Assembly: GCA_977016875.1 (NCBI GenBank)
Contig: CDRNST010000008.1
Coordinates: 1,674,001 to 1,738,000 of the forward strand
Source: Pavona decussata
Taxonomy: Eukaryota
Length of the DNA: 64,000 nt
Reading direction: 5' to 3'
This document shows positions 1-14,241 of this stretch, in pieces (position 1 is the first letter of the stretch; each line of letters starts with the position of its first letter). The position numbers were made by a program, and so were the translations under genes. The notes beneath the pieces are model-generated. The model made no database searches and was not told the origin of the DNA. It worked only from the letters and a program-made list of their open reading frames with translations.

Positions 1-891
1 CTGAAGCACATCAACAGCGCGTTAGGCGCCGATCTGTCTTTCATGTCCGATTACGACTGTCCTCTGACACAGCGAGGATTAAGGCGCATGATGGGTGATC
101 GTATTTCTCACACATTTCCTATCACGGCAGACATTTTATTACGTATTTTTCAGTCATTTCAGCCACGCAATGTTTTTCATGTCTGCATGCGTGCCGCCTT
201 TCTGGTCGCATTTTTCTCCTTTCTTAGAATCTCCAATTTGGTTCCGTACACTTTGTCTGAAGTCCATTCTAGCACCAGTTTCTTCCTTCATCGTAGGGAT
301 ATTAGTTTCACCGCCTCTGGTGCTTATCTTCACGTTTTTAAGACAGAGACCATTCAGTTCAAGCAAAGGATCCTGGAGATACCACTTCCAGTTATCCCCA
401 ATTCCATTTTGTGTCCGGTAAACACGCTCACAACTTATTTCAGGTTGGTCCCTGCGTCTTACGATTCTCTGGTTTTCTTAGCACCACACGGTTCTGGTTT
501 CACTCCCGTTTTAGCCCGGCATTTCAGTTTGTTTCTCAAGCGTTGTGTTTCATCTATTGGCGAGGATCCCTCGCATTTTTCTTTACGCAAATAGTATTAA
601 TTTGTTTGTTTTGACTTGTCAAAAGGTTTAATTAAGATTGTAAAGTATCAGCTGTCAATTTGATATCTGCTACCTGGCGCGTGAATCAGTCTTTGTCTAT
701 TGTACCTTTAATTCTGCGAACTTTGTACTAAGCTATCATTCTGTAATCGAGCGAGCAGTCTCTACCCCCCCCCCCCCATCCCTCGGGAGGTTTTAATTTC
801 TGGTTGGCTCGTTTTCTCTTGGTTAATAAAGATCCAGAAACTTTTGCCCCATCTCACTCTCAAGTCCTGTCTTTAGTTGTTAGTATTAATT
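1..891 (+). mobile_element. 3' end of a tyrosine-recombinase retrotransposon (Ngaro/DIRS group), inserted into the Sola3 left TIR
   Basis: ORF 43-594 has the YR box-I motif (AFLVAFFSFLRISNL), KTETIQFK and CPV. It is followed by a C-rich terminal segment with AATAAA, then an abrupt switch into Sola3 TIR sequence at 892. Confidence 0.75.
43..594 (+). pseudogene. Tyrosine recombinase fragment, truncated at the HxxR box
   Basis: The FLRISNL catalytic-Arg motif is present. The ORF ends at HFSLRK*, where HSFRRGG and the catalytic Tyr would follow. Confidence 0.8.
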
Positions 892-3800
892 ATTTTCAAA
901 TCTATTTATTTTGTGATTCTAGCGGACAATTTAAAACCACCTTTGTAAAGCGCTAGAAATAGCCGCGAAATATGGGTAATATTTAACGGCACTAAAGTGT
1001 TTCTGGTACCTCAGTTTTTGATAATTTTATTTTAGAGCCTTTACATGTAGTTATTAAACATTCACCATGCCAAGTTTCAAGCTCGGACTTGCAACGCTTT
1101 CCTCTGAGAAAATTGGAGAACGTTTGCAATGTGGTCAGCTCAAATAACACAAGATTTATCGACAAAATGGAAGCTAATTAACTCCAATTAGGCCTACTTC
1201 CAAAAATAAACTTCAGTCTTGTTAATTTATAACTCGACCTTTAAAAAATTCCTTATCGTATAAAATAAACATACCCTGAGGGTTTTTGTTACACTGGAAA
1301 AGCAAATTGGAGCTGGAAATCCCCCCATTTTCACCACCATTAGTATTCAGGTATTCTTCTTGTCGACTCCCTAATTACAACCTTTTGTGAACAAGTCATT
1401 GCTTACGTTTCAAAGGCACAAAATGCCGTGAGTTGTTAACGATTTTAAACTTTTAAACAAATATCTTTATTGGTTAGGACACAAAGAATTGCTAAACATT
1501 AGGCTATACAGTGTATTTTTGTTGGCTGAGCTGAAAATACCTGTTCCATTACAAGCGCTTGAAACTGCACGCGTGTAATTTGAAACGTACTATGAATTTC
1601 ACATAAACAAACAATTTGCCGATTCCTCAAGGGGTCAGGATGTCAATAGATTTATTCATGGAGAAATATCTACAGGGAAAAAGAAACGCCAGTTTTATGA
1701 TATATGTAGGCATTTCAAAGATGACAAATTTCGTCTACGAGTGGAAAGCAAACAAATACACAGCACTGTTTATAGGTTACTATTGTTGTTTGAAGGAGTT
1801 AAATAAAACATACCCGTTCTGGTCTTCCACCTTTAATAAATGCCATACGTCTGCTTCACCAGAGAGGTTATTACTTGAATCCATTTTCTCGTAGCACACG
1901 CATTCATTACCATTGAGTATCCGTACAAAGATAGTAAAGATTTTTCGAAACTCTTGTAACGTGTCACGCAACCCCAAGTCCAACCAGAACCTATCTATAC
2001 CATAAACAGTTTCAGGATTCGCAAACTAAACTGAGTAGCTGCAGATATGACCTAAACTACGTTTCCCACAATTGACAAAAACTGAACATCAAAAATTACT
2101 GGTACATCTCCTTATCAATTCATCTTGAACATTCCAGAACAGTTACATCATTGTCCAAACACTCTAGATTACTTTTTAGAATCTAAACGTCTGTAATTTC
2201 CCATAATAGCAATCAATGATGTAGTGTTACTAAAAACAGGTTTCCAGAACACTATGGGATGCCTATATATATGGGTTAAATTGCATCCACGTTTTCAATC
2301 AGTTTTTTCGAAGAAATCAACCGCCGAGGCACACAAATATTCCACAGGGCATTCATTATTCCTCGGCGTCTCAGCTTTAAAGTAAGGTGGTGTGAGTAAT
2401 GGCTCTTTGCAGCTATAGTACGCTACTTAGTCAGACTACTCCTTGCGGGCAATCTAGTGATTATCCTTGTCATTTTGATTGTGTTGCTCTCAAGGATTGC
2501 AAGAAAGACATCACAGGGCACTTAGCGGGTCATAAACTGACTACCGATGAGGGCATAGGAACTGAAATGAAGTTGCTTTTAGCTAGAGCTTGTAAGTACT
2601 TTTGTAATAGCACAAACATAAATGTTCCTGTGTTTTTGCCAACTTATTTCGAGTTAGAGATAATTATTCTAAGTTATCAAAAAATGTTTTCAGGTATTTT
2701 CACAGTGGAAGAAAGCCATCATACCTTAAACATTTGCCCACGCCATAGGGCCGACTTTGGTATCCGTTGGAGGACAAGGAAAACCCTCTGCACAGTTCCT
2801 AGGAAATTAGCGGTTCATAAATGCCCAAGTGCCAAAGAGAGCTGCCGGGCGAATAGCCAGCAGTCCAAGAACATTTTTAAAAACACAGGCATACTTATTC
2901 CCGTTGGATCACGTAAGTTAATAATTTTTTAGTGTCAAAGAATCACACAGACTACGAACACTGTCCCTTATTTTTCTAGTAAAACGAGTGAAACATGAGA
3001 GTGCGCATATTTCGCTCGCTTTTTATGGATCAGAACAATATTCTCGTTAAGAAAAATAACAGATTTATACTCGCAGTCTACAATAACTGACCGCAACCGA
3101 AATATTTTAAAGGGATGTGGACTAGTCAGTAGAAAAGTATGGTCCCGTTTTATTTATATCTGTGAAGGGCGTATGCTGCACATGCGCCTTACTAATTGTC
3201 TTCTAACGAATTTTTCTGAATATACCTCTGGTTTTCATGTGTTTATTGGAGCGAAGACTCAATTGTTTTTTAGATGTATTTTTCCGTCTCTCCATTTGAC
3301 ATTATAGTTAATTAACATATTTGTCAAAATTTAATGTGCATTGCCGTTTTTAGCAATTTGCAGACAGTGCAACGCGTCTTTGAGTAGAAAAAACTTATGG
3401 GATCAAACACTGGAATCTGCTGATAATCAGGTTGAGGCCCCCACCCTGGAGACCCCACTGGAAAAAGAGCCACCTGAGCCACTTATTGGGGTAAGTGACA
3501 AAAACTCTGAACTCTGTAGCCACCTCATTTTTCAAGTAGAGCATGCGCAAACACCAAAAGTGTCAGAGGCCATTCCTTCAATCGTTCAAAAAAGCGTGTG
3601 GGAAATCACTAACCATTGCCTCAGCTTTGGCAATCATCCGAGTTAGCTTAGGGACGTCGAAAGAACAACCAGGATGTCTGGTGCTAGTACTAGAAAAGAA
3701 AGGTCATCAACATGTTGGCGCATTGTGCAAACAGCCCGCAAAAATATAAGTTTAACTGTTGTATGGTACGAGACTCCTTTCTGCGCCACAAACAGGGCGC

Positions 3801-6519
3801 TGTTGACCGCTTTTCTTTTACAGAACAGGTTATTAATAAACAAAAACAACGATAATTAATTAATATCTCAATTTTTATAGGTAAAGGTGAAAACGGTCCG
3901 TTCAAATGAAACAAGTGACAGCGACATCTCAACCGACGCCCTCACAAATGAACTAAAGACTCTTGAAATATCGTCAAGTCGGTGTGATGACGAGGCGTTT
4001 CTTAGTCCGACCTCTGGAGGCCTTGTTTCCAGTACGAGCGACGAGGGCATAGCCACCAAACCAGCTACGTCTGAACCTCGCAAAAGATTAAATAAATATC
4101 TTATCTTCAAGGAATCGCACCAATTACTCAGCCCTGGTTGGAATGGAATAAGGCCATTGACAGTACCAAGCTACGATACACCAAACGATCAGTAGATATC
4201 ATTTCTTCAGTCCTTAACACTCTCAGTCCGAATGACGCAGGTTCTCTTTGGAAAGCAATAGTGTCGTCTCCGGACATGAAAAAAGCTCTTGAACTTGACG
4301 AATTACCACAGATCGCTAAGGATTATCTCCAGGCCCTAGCAGAGGCATATGACAAAGCTTACGGTTGGGAGACGAGAAGACAGATTTTTTCTATCATGTC
4401 AGGTGTTGCCAGCTATAAGGACATCTCAAGCTTTATTCAAGGCTTGACTAGGTATTGCTGTACCTTGGCCAATTTGCATCGCCTGCAGCATGGGCCTGGC
4501 GCCCCCCTAACGCATCAATCATCGCCACGGATAAGGGTTGATCAACGCCAACTTGACCATTTCCTGTCATTTATAACAAGCCCGCATTTAGTACAAGACC
4601 TACCGTTCAGGCAAAAAACACTGAAACTCTCATCTGGCCAGCTGATTGAGATACCGAACGTCATCCGAACAGTGATACCCCGGAGAATTGCCCGCCAGTA
4701 TACCCATTACTGCCAAGAGATGGGCTTTAATCCATTCAGTGAACGCACCATGTTGTGTGTATTGGCGGAATGCAAGGTGTCTGTGCGCACGTCTCTTCAA
4801 GGGCTTGATTACTTTGCGGCAGATGGTGCGTGTGCATTCGAAGATCTCGAAAGTCTAGTCCGCCAACTGGGTGAGCTCAGTCTAGGGAAGGAGTGGGAAG
4901 TGCAGCACGTGGAATTGCTAAAAGCTGCCAAATTATACCTTAAGGGAGATTTCAAGGTAATGATTTTAGCGACAAACAGGTAGAAAGGCAGATGAATTTT
5001 AATAGAAGGTTTAACAGACTAGAAAAAATAATATTTTTAATGAAAGCCAAGTCGTGGCAAAAACAGGCACAAAATGTCTTTGTAGGAGCCGGTGGCCAAG
5101 TCCCTTATAGATATTTACACATCACTTTTTTTCTGATGATAATCTTCGGAACATTAAAGGCCTACCTCTGACACCTAGCTTTTTAATCTCCTGTTATTAT
5201 GTTAGTAATGTCGTGGTTTCATAACCAACCGTTTTTCACAGACTAAGATAAATAGGACTTCTCTCCTTTTTTCCTCTTAGGTCCATGTGAGTACTTCATC
5301 TCAAGTAGCAAGTCACTGCGGTGTATTTGCCTTAAGTGACAGCATCGATCTTAGACTAAAACAGCAGTGCAACCACAGTCACGATGAATTATGTGAGCAA
5401 TGCGAAAGCCTGCACACAACTTTGCACAACATCTCGGCAGAAAGACGAGGCCTTGTACCTTACGAGCTCTGTCTTGCGATTCAATCTTGGAAATGCCATT
5501 TGCTGAGGTCGACCCACCAAGATCAGGCCCGCTTGGATGTCATCGATGCTCTTGATTCGGAAACAGTTTTTGTTGTGAATGACTGGGCCATGAAATTTTT
5601 GCCTCAGCGATACAGGGAGTCACAAACTGATTGGTTTGGCAAACGTGGCATATCATGGCACATATCGGTTGTGTACCGACAGCTGGAGAGGGAACTACAA
5701 TGGCAAGGTTTTATACACGTAATCCAGTCCTGCAGTCAGGGAAGCATTGCAGTGGTAACGATCATGCACCATGTACTGAGAACATTGAAGTGCAAGCATC
5801 CCAAAATAAACAAAACCTACTTCCGTCTAGACAACGCGGGCTGCTATCACTTTTCCCGCACGATACTGGCATTCTTAGAAATATCCAGAACTGGAGTGAA
5901 AGTGGTCTGTGTTGATTAAGCGATCCTCAAGGTGGGAAAGGGGCTGCAGATCGACTGGTAGCCAGCTGCACCGCCACTGACCTGAAAAAGGCAGTGCTAT
6001 CACACAGGGGACTAGATGGAGTACGAGTGGTTTCTCTCGATTAATTTATCAAAACTCCAGACAAATCTCAAACCATCTCAGGGGTTACTAAGCTCAATAA
6101 TTTTGAGTTTAGTTCAGCAGGATCAGTAACCTGCTGGCACGCGTATGGTATTGGCAGCGGGAAAACAATCAAGCCGGAAAAGCCCACATCTGGTAAGTAC
6201 AAAAATTGGAAGTTGGAACTTCACATCAATTTGAAATTATTTCACATAACCTGTTTTGCTTAATTTAGTTTAAGTTATACAACCCGCCTCGATTAGCTTT
6301 ACTATATGCAGGTTGTACATTTTTCTAACTTGTTAAATTTTAAATTATTGAAATAAAAATGAGAAAAAAAATGAGATTCTGGTTTAAATATTACTCATTG
6401 TATTAAACTTTGTCCCGTGGAATGGTTATCCTGTTATTGCTGCCGTTTAGTTTTTTGGTTTTGTTTTTGAATCGCAGGTGACCACAGAATCCAAGTTTAT
6501 TTGTTTTGAAATGTTAATC

Positions 6520-6675
6520 ATAGGGGAGCTGAGATGGCTTGCCCGAGTTCGATTACTTGGAGTTGGTTCTCGCCCTTGTTCCAAGAAGCTGAGACTTTTC
6601 TCTGGGTACTCCGGTATTCCGCTATTAATTTTCAAATTCCAATTTGATCGGGAGAGTGTCCCCATACTGTAAAAC
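6520..6675 (+). mobile_element. Degenerate SINE fragment in a transposase intron
   Basis: A B-box-like GTTCGA is followed by GTTGGTTCTCGCCCTTG...CTCTGGGTACTCCGGT, resembling an animal SINE core. Confidence 0.45.
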
Positions 6676-6700
6676 GCATTTGGTTGTCTCGTCATGGAAT

Positions 6701-6857
6701 AGGCCATTTCCGAGCTGCTGTGAACCTCACTATGAAAGCGAGGCTAAGTGCAAAACATATTTTTGTTTGCATATGAATGAAAACTAATTTTCATAACAAA
6801 AACTTTGCACTTAGCCTCGCTTTCATGATGAGGTTTAAAGCAACTCGGAAATGGTCT
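6701..6857. mobile_element. Palindromic MITE (AGGCCATTTCCGAG...CTCGGAAATGGTCT)
   Basis: The two arms are near-perfect reverse complements, flanked by AAT and ATT. A related left end occurs at 36622. Confidence 0.8.
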
Positions 6858-8696
6858 ATTATATATGTGCTAAATTGTTTCCTGTCAAATTGTTGCAAAA
6901 AAACCTTTTTTATTCCTTGCAAAAGTACTGGATTTTATTTACTTGAGGAATCATTTTCTCCGGGGGACTTCAAGGCTTTTAGTAATAAGGCAACAAAACC
7001 TGCAGCTGGAACGACAGCCCCAGTGGTAGAAGAGGAACTGGTAGTACCTAATGTTCCAGTGGATAGCGACCACGAGGAAGGAGTGTATTCTTGTCCCTAA
7101 GAGGGCTGCATTCGAGTATTTCAAAGATTTTCTGCGTTAGAGAAGCACTTGTCCCTAGAGAAATGATCTAAGTTGCTGGAGAGACATTCGCTTATGGATT
7201 TAGCTAAAATGGGTTACAAGTCCTACTTAGAGGAGGGCGTTGGTACGTTGCCATCACTCAGAGAGTCAACGTGTCAACAAGAGATCCCTGAGTTACCATG
7301 TAAGGAGGGATGGGGTCTAAAGGCAGCCAAGAAGTTTTATCGCTTCAATGACAAGCAGAAAGCATACCTTTTGGCTAAATTCCGTATTGGTCAAACAACA
7401 GGCCATAAGCTCGACGCTGAGGTAGTTGCGCGTGAAATGAGACGAGCTTGCGGCACTGATGCTGCAAGTCTTTTTCAAGCGTCGGAATTTCTCACTGCCT
7501 CACAAGTTGCATCCTTTTTTTTCTCGCCAAAGTGCTGCAGTTCGTCAAAGGGATTCTGATGAGATGGATGTCCTGGCGTCCCAAGAAGAGACTAACTTTA
7601 GTGAAGCAAAGGAAGCTGTAGAAGCAGTCCAACTCCGCCATCCTCTTGTGTATGATCAGTATGACTTATGTGCAATGGCAATTGATGATAAGTTGAGGCT
7701 TCTCAAGCTACCAATGCTGGAGCGTGTGTGTGAAGATCTGGGCCTAGATATTCCTCTCCAACCCGTCCGCAAAAAGGCCCCTTACCTAGCTCTCCTGGAG
7801 GGCATTACTTCCAAGTGCACGTGCCGGAAGTAAGAACTGTAAACATTCTGTTTTATCAGGAGATATATTAAGCAAAACTCTGACGTATGGATATAGGGAT
7901 GGGCATTATATTTTTTCAGAGTTTCGGGAGGACTATCATTTTCTTAAAAAAAAGCGAAACCTCTACACCCGCAATTTATGTTGAGAAACAAATGGTACAT
8001 CAATTTAAAAAGATTTCTACGTAGGTGTCAGTTTGGGAGAAAAATTCTTACACAAAAAATTATCTACCTTCCTTCCTTGCCCACTCAGAAATATAAATTC
8101 CAGTTTCGCCCACAAAAAGTTTTTTTGTACAGTGTTACAGTGAGTTATAGCTTTTTCTGCACGCCTAATTTTCACCTACTTTTGTTTTATTTGTGTATGC
8201 TACATCTTTCATACCTTTCGCCCCCACACCTTTATAGATCATTATGTAAGTGAATAGCCTTTCTCTCACTCCTTTTACCCTTTTTTAAGCCAGTTTTCTT
8301 TGCATAACTTTTAAGTGTGCGCATCATTTTCAGTATTGTTTAGTTGTGTCTCGCCGTTCTTGCCGTCCTGGTTAATTTTCTGTAAAATCACCGATAAGGT
8401 ACGTTCTTGTGTTAGTCGTTCGTTTTCTTTTGTTTCTCAGTTGCTTATTCCATGTCGTTACTTGTAGTATTATTTTTAACATCTTTTATTTAATCTTTGT
8501 ATTTCAAGAACCGTTCTGGTAAGGATTTGTTTGCAATGGTGAAGATATCAAATAAAGTGATAAAGTAGAGAGCTGAGTGTAATTAGCAGCGGCTACATAC
8601 AGTATTTTGGTTCTTACTAAGGTTGAACTAGTTAACTAAATAAGTATGGTTTAGATAATGTCGGTACCTAACCCGATCGCTTGGTGTTGCGTGACA

Positions 8697-8935
8697 TAGA
8701 GAGATTAGAATTTTGATCACGGCAAACAGCAAGAGGCAGAAATGACCACGTGACTATGTTTATCCTTCATTTTCCCACTCTCGATTTCTCAGAAAAATTG
8801 AGTAGTTTGTATTAGCATCAAAGGCCACAATTATTTTGCACTATTCTCATCTATGTACTCATTTTTTCGAGAAAACACAAACGCAAATCTCATGGTTGTA
8901 TGTTTGCCGCAAACGCAATTCTAAATCTATCTATT
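8697..8935. mobile_element. MITE with imperfect TIRs
   Basis: ATAGAGAGATTAGAATT...CGGCAAAC at the left end versus GTTTGCCG...AATTCTAAATCTATCTAT at the right end. Confidence 0.6.
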
Positions 8936-11900
8936 GTTTATCGAGCAACTATTTTCAACCCGACGATAGAGAAAGCAGATGATACTGACCATGAAGAATA
9001 AAATGATGTGGATTCACTTGGCGTCTGATCAGATGCGTATGTTTATAACAGTTGTATGGTTTCAGTGGTGTGGAATCAAAAGTGGGGTCAAGGTGTTTGG
9101 TATATGTTTATTTTTTTGTGAGGACTTCAAACGATAAGCTTAATTTATGCTAACGTTTTTGCGGATCGGACAAGTTCACCTTTTGTTTCTTAATTATTTT
9201 ATGGAATCTCTGTTTGTAATTGCTGTTACATTTGTCCGATCTAACTCTGTCATCTTAATTATATGAGAAAGCATTAGCAAATCTTTTACATCTTGGCATC
9301 CCAAATGAGAAGTGAACGAATCGCGTGCTTGCATTGCCACAAGGTAAGAATACCTCGTTAATTGGGTCATGGTTGCAAGCGATTTCATGTCGATCGTACA
9401 GTTTTAAAACTGTTTATTTTTACATATTATTTTATTATTCCGCCAACTTAAAGAATTCAGCAAGTTTTTTAAGAAAACCAAACAGCTAAGGATTCATGAC
9501 ATCTCTTAGAATTGAACTTCAAAAGTGCTTGTCGACAACTCTTACAGTCCAAGTAAACAAAAGGTATACATACATACCGCCAAAGTAAAAGAGCACGGAT
9601 TTTCATTACAAATTTAGACTTTCGAGAGGCCATAACACCTCTGTGACCGTTTTTTGCAAGATAGTGGACATTTCTTCAGGGTCAAAGTACAAATTAAAAG
9701 GACTGTTTAATTTTTTGGAAATAGGCCTAATTGGAGTTAATTAGCTTCCATTTTGTCGATAAATCTTGTGTTATTTGAGCCGACCACATTGCAAATGATC
9801 TCCGATTTTCTCAGAGGGAAGCGTTGCAAGTCCGAGCTTGAAACTTGGCAAGGTGAATGTTTAATAACTATATGTAAAGGCTGTAAAGTAAAGTTATTGA
9901 AAACTGAGGTACCAGGAACACTTTTGTGCCGTTAAATATAACCAATATTTCGCCGCTATTTCTAGCTCTATACAAAGGTGGTTTTAAATTGGCTGCTAGA
10001 ATCACAAAATAAATAGATTTGAAAATGTTCAGTAGTGGACAATCAACAAGGATAGTTATTCATAGGTTGTGTAAAGTTAGACTTCGATTGAAGTTATTTA
10101 AGCATTTGGCAGTGCTTCGTCCTCGCACCTTATTTTAAACCTTCAGTCGGCCGAAAAACCGCACTTTGACCGCATTTTCCGAATTTTGAGAATCTCTCAA
10201 AATTAAAAAGTCGCTGGAACTTTTAAATATGATTTTTGAAAATAGTTCACCAAAGGGTATTTTTGGACGGAATATGAGCGATTCGTCAAATTGGTCATTG
10301 ATGGCGAATTCTCGATCCTTACAGGCAGCCGCTCTTAAATGGTGAAAGTTTGAAGGAAATCGGCTGACCCCCATCTTTCACCTCTGCCTGGTTTTCCAAG
10401 ACAATGACTCAATTACAAATAAATGTATTTTCCTTTACATTCAGAAATATTTATAACATTTTAACACTGTAGGATTTACCTCCAGTATTTCTTTTTCAAA
10501 ATTATCATATATGAAATTTTGATTCATAAGCACTATTAAATTCCATGTTAAGCAAAGTGATTCAAAAGGGACTGTTTTACTGTCAGTCATAATTAAGGCT
10601 CCTGGGAGCGGGGCTCCTATTAACCTAGTCTCTGATCATAAAACAAAAATTCTGATTAAAAAAAAGTTTGAAAAAAAATTTACAACTACCAATAATCGTT
10701 TTTGAGTGCCTAATGCGTATGAAACAAACAAATAATGTATAGAAATACATTGCCACTGCCTTAACCACCTTGACCTTAAACAGGATTCTTTAAAGAATCC
10801 TGTAGGTTTGCCTGACAGAAAATAAATTCGATTTGTTTCGCTAATTAGGACATAAAAATGCCAGCAAAAGATATATCAAAAGAGGTTGCTGCATTGAATG
10901 TGAATGCGAGGAATATAAAAGTAGTGTGGTATTTCCTTTACGTTAATGCGCTAAATAACGAAAAATCATCTCTTATTGACTTTAAAATATTAGTGCAGGA
11001 TAAGATACAATTACAAAAAATACATAGCAGTCACCTCGGGCCAACAGAAACTTTTCTTTGCTAAATGGCAGAATTTTGCACATTTTTGTTGAATGTATAT
11101 ATAAGATCGTTTTCTGTAAATTTCCTTGTATCTTAATTTATGTAGTATTGGTAAACTTTGTTGTTTTGTGTGTTGTAAACTTAACATTGTAATACTATGT
11201 AATAGTTCAGTCACATTACTATGTAATGTTTTGTTAACAATGTAATATTACTATCAATAGTTTTATGTTAGTATTGTAAAATGCATTATTGCAAATATCC
11301 TTTGAAAAGAAACAAAATAAAGATGATTAAAAAAAATTAGTGTGATATGATGCAACTACTGTGAATACACCCAGATGAGTCATGTTCCATTTTATCTTTG
11401 ATCTAAGCGGGCAACATATGACAAAACACTGACCAGAGAGGGATCAGAGCAAAGAAGAGAAGTTTCCGTTGCAGAGGTTAAAGACGGTGCACCCGCAAGA
11501 CCTCAACCTGAGAGGAGAAGGGACGACGAAGGCTTAGGTTGAAGAAAATACGCCCGCAGCACCCTGACCTGAGAGGACAAGGCACTACAAGGGGTTGGCT
11601 GAACAGGGAGCAGGGCCCAGCATCACACAGCCCACAAAGGAAGCTACTCTCATAGAGTAGATGCAGGTGTCAATTATGAACTTGTTTGATTTCAAAGGAA
11701 GATAGATGCTTTTCGCCTTTTGTGATGTCTGCAGTATCAAAGTGGTCGCTGGAAATGAGCACAAGGGACACAATATATTTCTGTTAAAAACCAGCACATG
11801 GCCACAGCAACACATAAATGAATGAAGCGATTTTCCTTTCATGTGAAAGCCAAATTCCTGCAGCCATTCTAGAAATACAACGAGAAGTGGAAGAGAAGTA

Positions 11901-13518
11901 TCCAAGTGTATTTTCATTCCACAAAACCTCCATATTGTGCGGCCCCTGTAATTTACAGTTCTCAGCCATGCACAAAGTTGTGTTTAGTAATATCAGGCAG
12001 CACATTGATAGTCACGGCCACAAACAAAAGACAAGAAAGACAAAGGCAACAAGCTCTAAGGACATCATTTTTTGCCCGCAAGCTCCCTGGTAACAACGAA
12101 TGATCAGGACCAACAAAACAGCTGTGCCAGGGACTTTACAAAGTTTTCTTATGTATCGCATGGTGAAACTGTCGAGATAGATCCAAAAATTCTTTTGCAT
12201 GACCCAAAGCTGGGAGAGGATGAAGGGAAAGTGTTGGGGTACCCAGAACCTTTCTTTATTTTAAATGAAACAGGGCATAAGAAGATAACAGGAACATTTC
12301 GAAGTAGTTACTGCTTAAGGCCAGCAGATGCAGGAACATTCCCGGTTGATGTGTGTAGCTTGTTCTAATATAACTAAAGTAAAATCATTCAGGAAACGAA
12401 TTCTTGTAAGACACAAGAAAATGAGACACAAGACTTATACGTAATGAATACCCCACTTCTAAAGAGATGGTGGAAAAGCTGAAAGAACAGAAAGACAAAC
12501 TTGATCACAAAGACGACAAGATTTTCTTGTTACACCGAAGTTGAGGGAATATTCTTGAAGAGGGTCTGTTAAGGCTTTTTGTTACAAGTTGCAGAAAGCT
12601 GCTGATTTAGGACTACCAGATGACAAAAACCCTCTCAAGGCAATGCTAGAGACTATTTCAAGAAACCTGCACGTGGAAAAGAATGGTAAATGGTACCAAC
12701 CTTCCTTTAAGTTATTCTTGGAAGTACTTTTGATGTTGGGAGCCTACATCTGAGGCAATAAACCTAGGAGGTCCTGAAATCCACTCCATTTACTGATGGC
12801 ACAATCAACATCGTGTTGACATAATTGGATGGATTCAGGCAGTCAAGTTCAAAAAACGCCAGCCACTGTACAAAGAAGCGATGGCTAAAATCAAGTCTTG
12901 TCCTGTTCCTGTCCTACCTGCAGAGGATGAGTCCGCAATCATTGGTCAAGTTACTAACCACCATCATATGGATGAGCTCTTTGGCTTTTGTGGGGTTAAG
13001 GGACAACAACACGTATGCCTCGACCATTTTTCTGTGGTAGCTGTGGATGGGGAGGAAGGTTACATGACTATTATTAATGCATTCAAGGAGTACAAAATTA
13101 GAACCTTTGGCACAGCAATACTGCTCAACACACTCCATCCAAATCTTCCCCGCATCGCTGTCCTTCTTATGCCCACCAGTAACAGGTTTGACCACCACTT
13201 TGTTTATCGGTAGTGGCAAGAACAGGAGGTAAAGAGCATCTTCGGTCCCCTTATTGCCAACAGCTCTGATGGAGACTCTCGGAGGCAAAAATTAATGCTA
13301 CAGCTTGCCATGGTTGATGTTAGTTACAGATTTAGGCCCATTCCTTGGAACCTAGGGTTTATCTTTTCGTGCAAAAAGATAGACACAGTGAATGGTTGTG
13401 ATGTTGAAGACATCTGCGATCAAGATTACATACACAATCACAAGAAACTACTTAATCCCTTAGATCATGCATCCTGTGTGCTGAGAATGGGCGAGTATCT
13501 GATTCACATGAATCATCC

Positions 13519-13576
<58 letters not shown>
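13519..13576. repeat. (ATA)n microsatellite forming the SINE tail
   Basis: Perfect trinucleotide run; it produces the poly-Ile in ORF 13295-13606. Confidence 0.95.
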
Positions 13577-13578
<2 letters not shown>

Positions 13579-14048
13579 CTTCGTTTACCCTCGGCAGTGT
13601 TTATAGGTCAAGTGTTAGTGGGGCCGAGCATTAAATGTCACAAAGAAATAATTTAAATTAATTTATGATTTATAAGCTTTTGTCCAATAGACATGAACAG
13701 GGATACTGCAACAGCTAAGGCCAATTACTGCAGACCCGGGATATACGGAATATGCGCACAAAGACCAGACCACAGCACCTGGGACTACGTCCCCTACTCT
13801 TTGGGAACAGTGAGTGGGTTATTTAACGTCCCACAGAGTTATTTACAAACAAGGTTTGTGACACGGGGCCTACGGTTTATCGTCCTTATCTCAGAAGACT
13901 AGAAAGTCTAATCATTTTTGCAGATGTCAGAGCAAAGGTAGCACTTTCTCATCAGTTATTTAAAGACCCTGAGTGTTGGTCCGGCCGGGGTTTGAACCTG
14001 CGACCTCCCGCACAGTAGTCCGGCACTCTACCAACTGAGCTAACCAGC
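13519..14048 (-). mobile_element. tRNA-derived SINE with a (TTA)n tail
   Basis: The minus-strand head GCTGGTTAGCTCAGTTGGTAGAGTG...GGTTCAAACCCCGG has A and B boxes. A body and an (ATA)n microsatellite (13519-13576) follow. Confidence 0.8.
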
Positions 14049-14241
14049 AAAATAACACAAATAACATGGTTAAAAATCCCAACTGGCAGGAGGCAGACCA
14101 GCTGGCTATTTACAAACGCGGCTGAGGAGTTGAACTTGGGGCTACCGAGAAACAACTCCATCTAGTGGTCAGAGCGGGACTTGAACCCGGGACCTCCGGA
14201 TTTGAAGTCCGGCGCCCTAACCACTCGACCATGCTGCCTCC
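14049..14241 (-). mobile_element. Second tRNA-derived SINE of a different family
   Basis: Minus-strand head GGAGGCAGCATGGTCGAGTGGTTAGGGCG...GGTTCAAGTCCC followed by a non-tRNA body. Confidence 0.8.

Larger units (their letters stand above)
2399..7833 (+). pseudogene. Multi-exon Sola3 transposase with stops and frameshifts
   Basis: Approximate exons: 2399-2591, 2695-2912, ~3355-3490, 3881-4956, 5281-6192, ~6930-7833, mostly with GT-AG borders. Motifs: NDWAMKFLPQRYRESQTDWFGKRGISWH, DNAGCYH, SDPQGGKGAADR and Cys/His clusters. Confidence 0.85.
892..10334 (+). mobile_element. Sola3 DNA transposon with long TIRs; outer part of the left TIR displaced by the YR element
   Basis: 892-~1250 is the reverse complement of ~9665-10026. 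The right end reads ...GGCAGCCGCTC (10334) followed by TTAA (10335-10338), matching the GAG...CTC termini and TTAA target of Sola3. An internal Sola3-type transposase is present. Confidence 0.85.

Noticed and set aside
13295-13606. Membrane protein with a poly-Ile helix
   Set aside because: The poly-Ile comes from reading through the (ATA)n SINE tail.
13975-14241. Two tRNA genes
   Set aside because: A and B boxes are present, but the acceptor and anticodon stems are poor and each runs into a SINE body. They are SINE heads.
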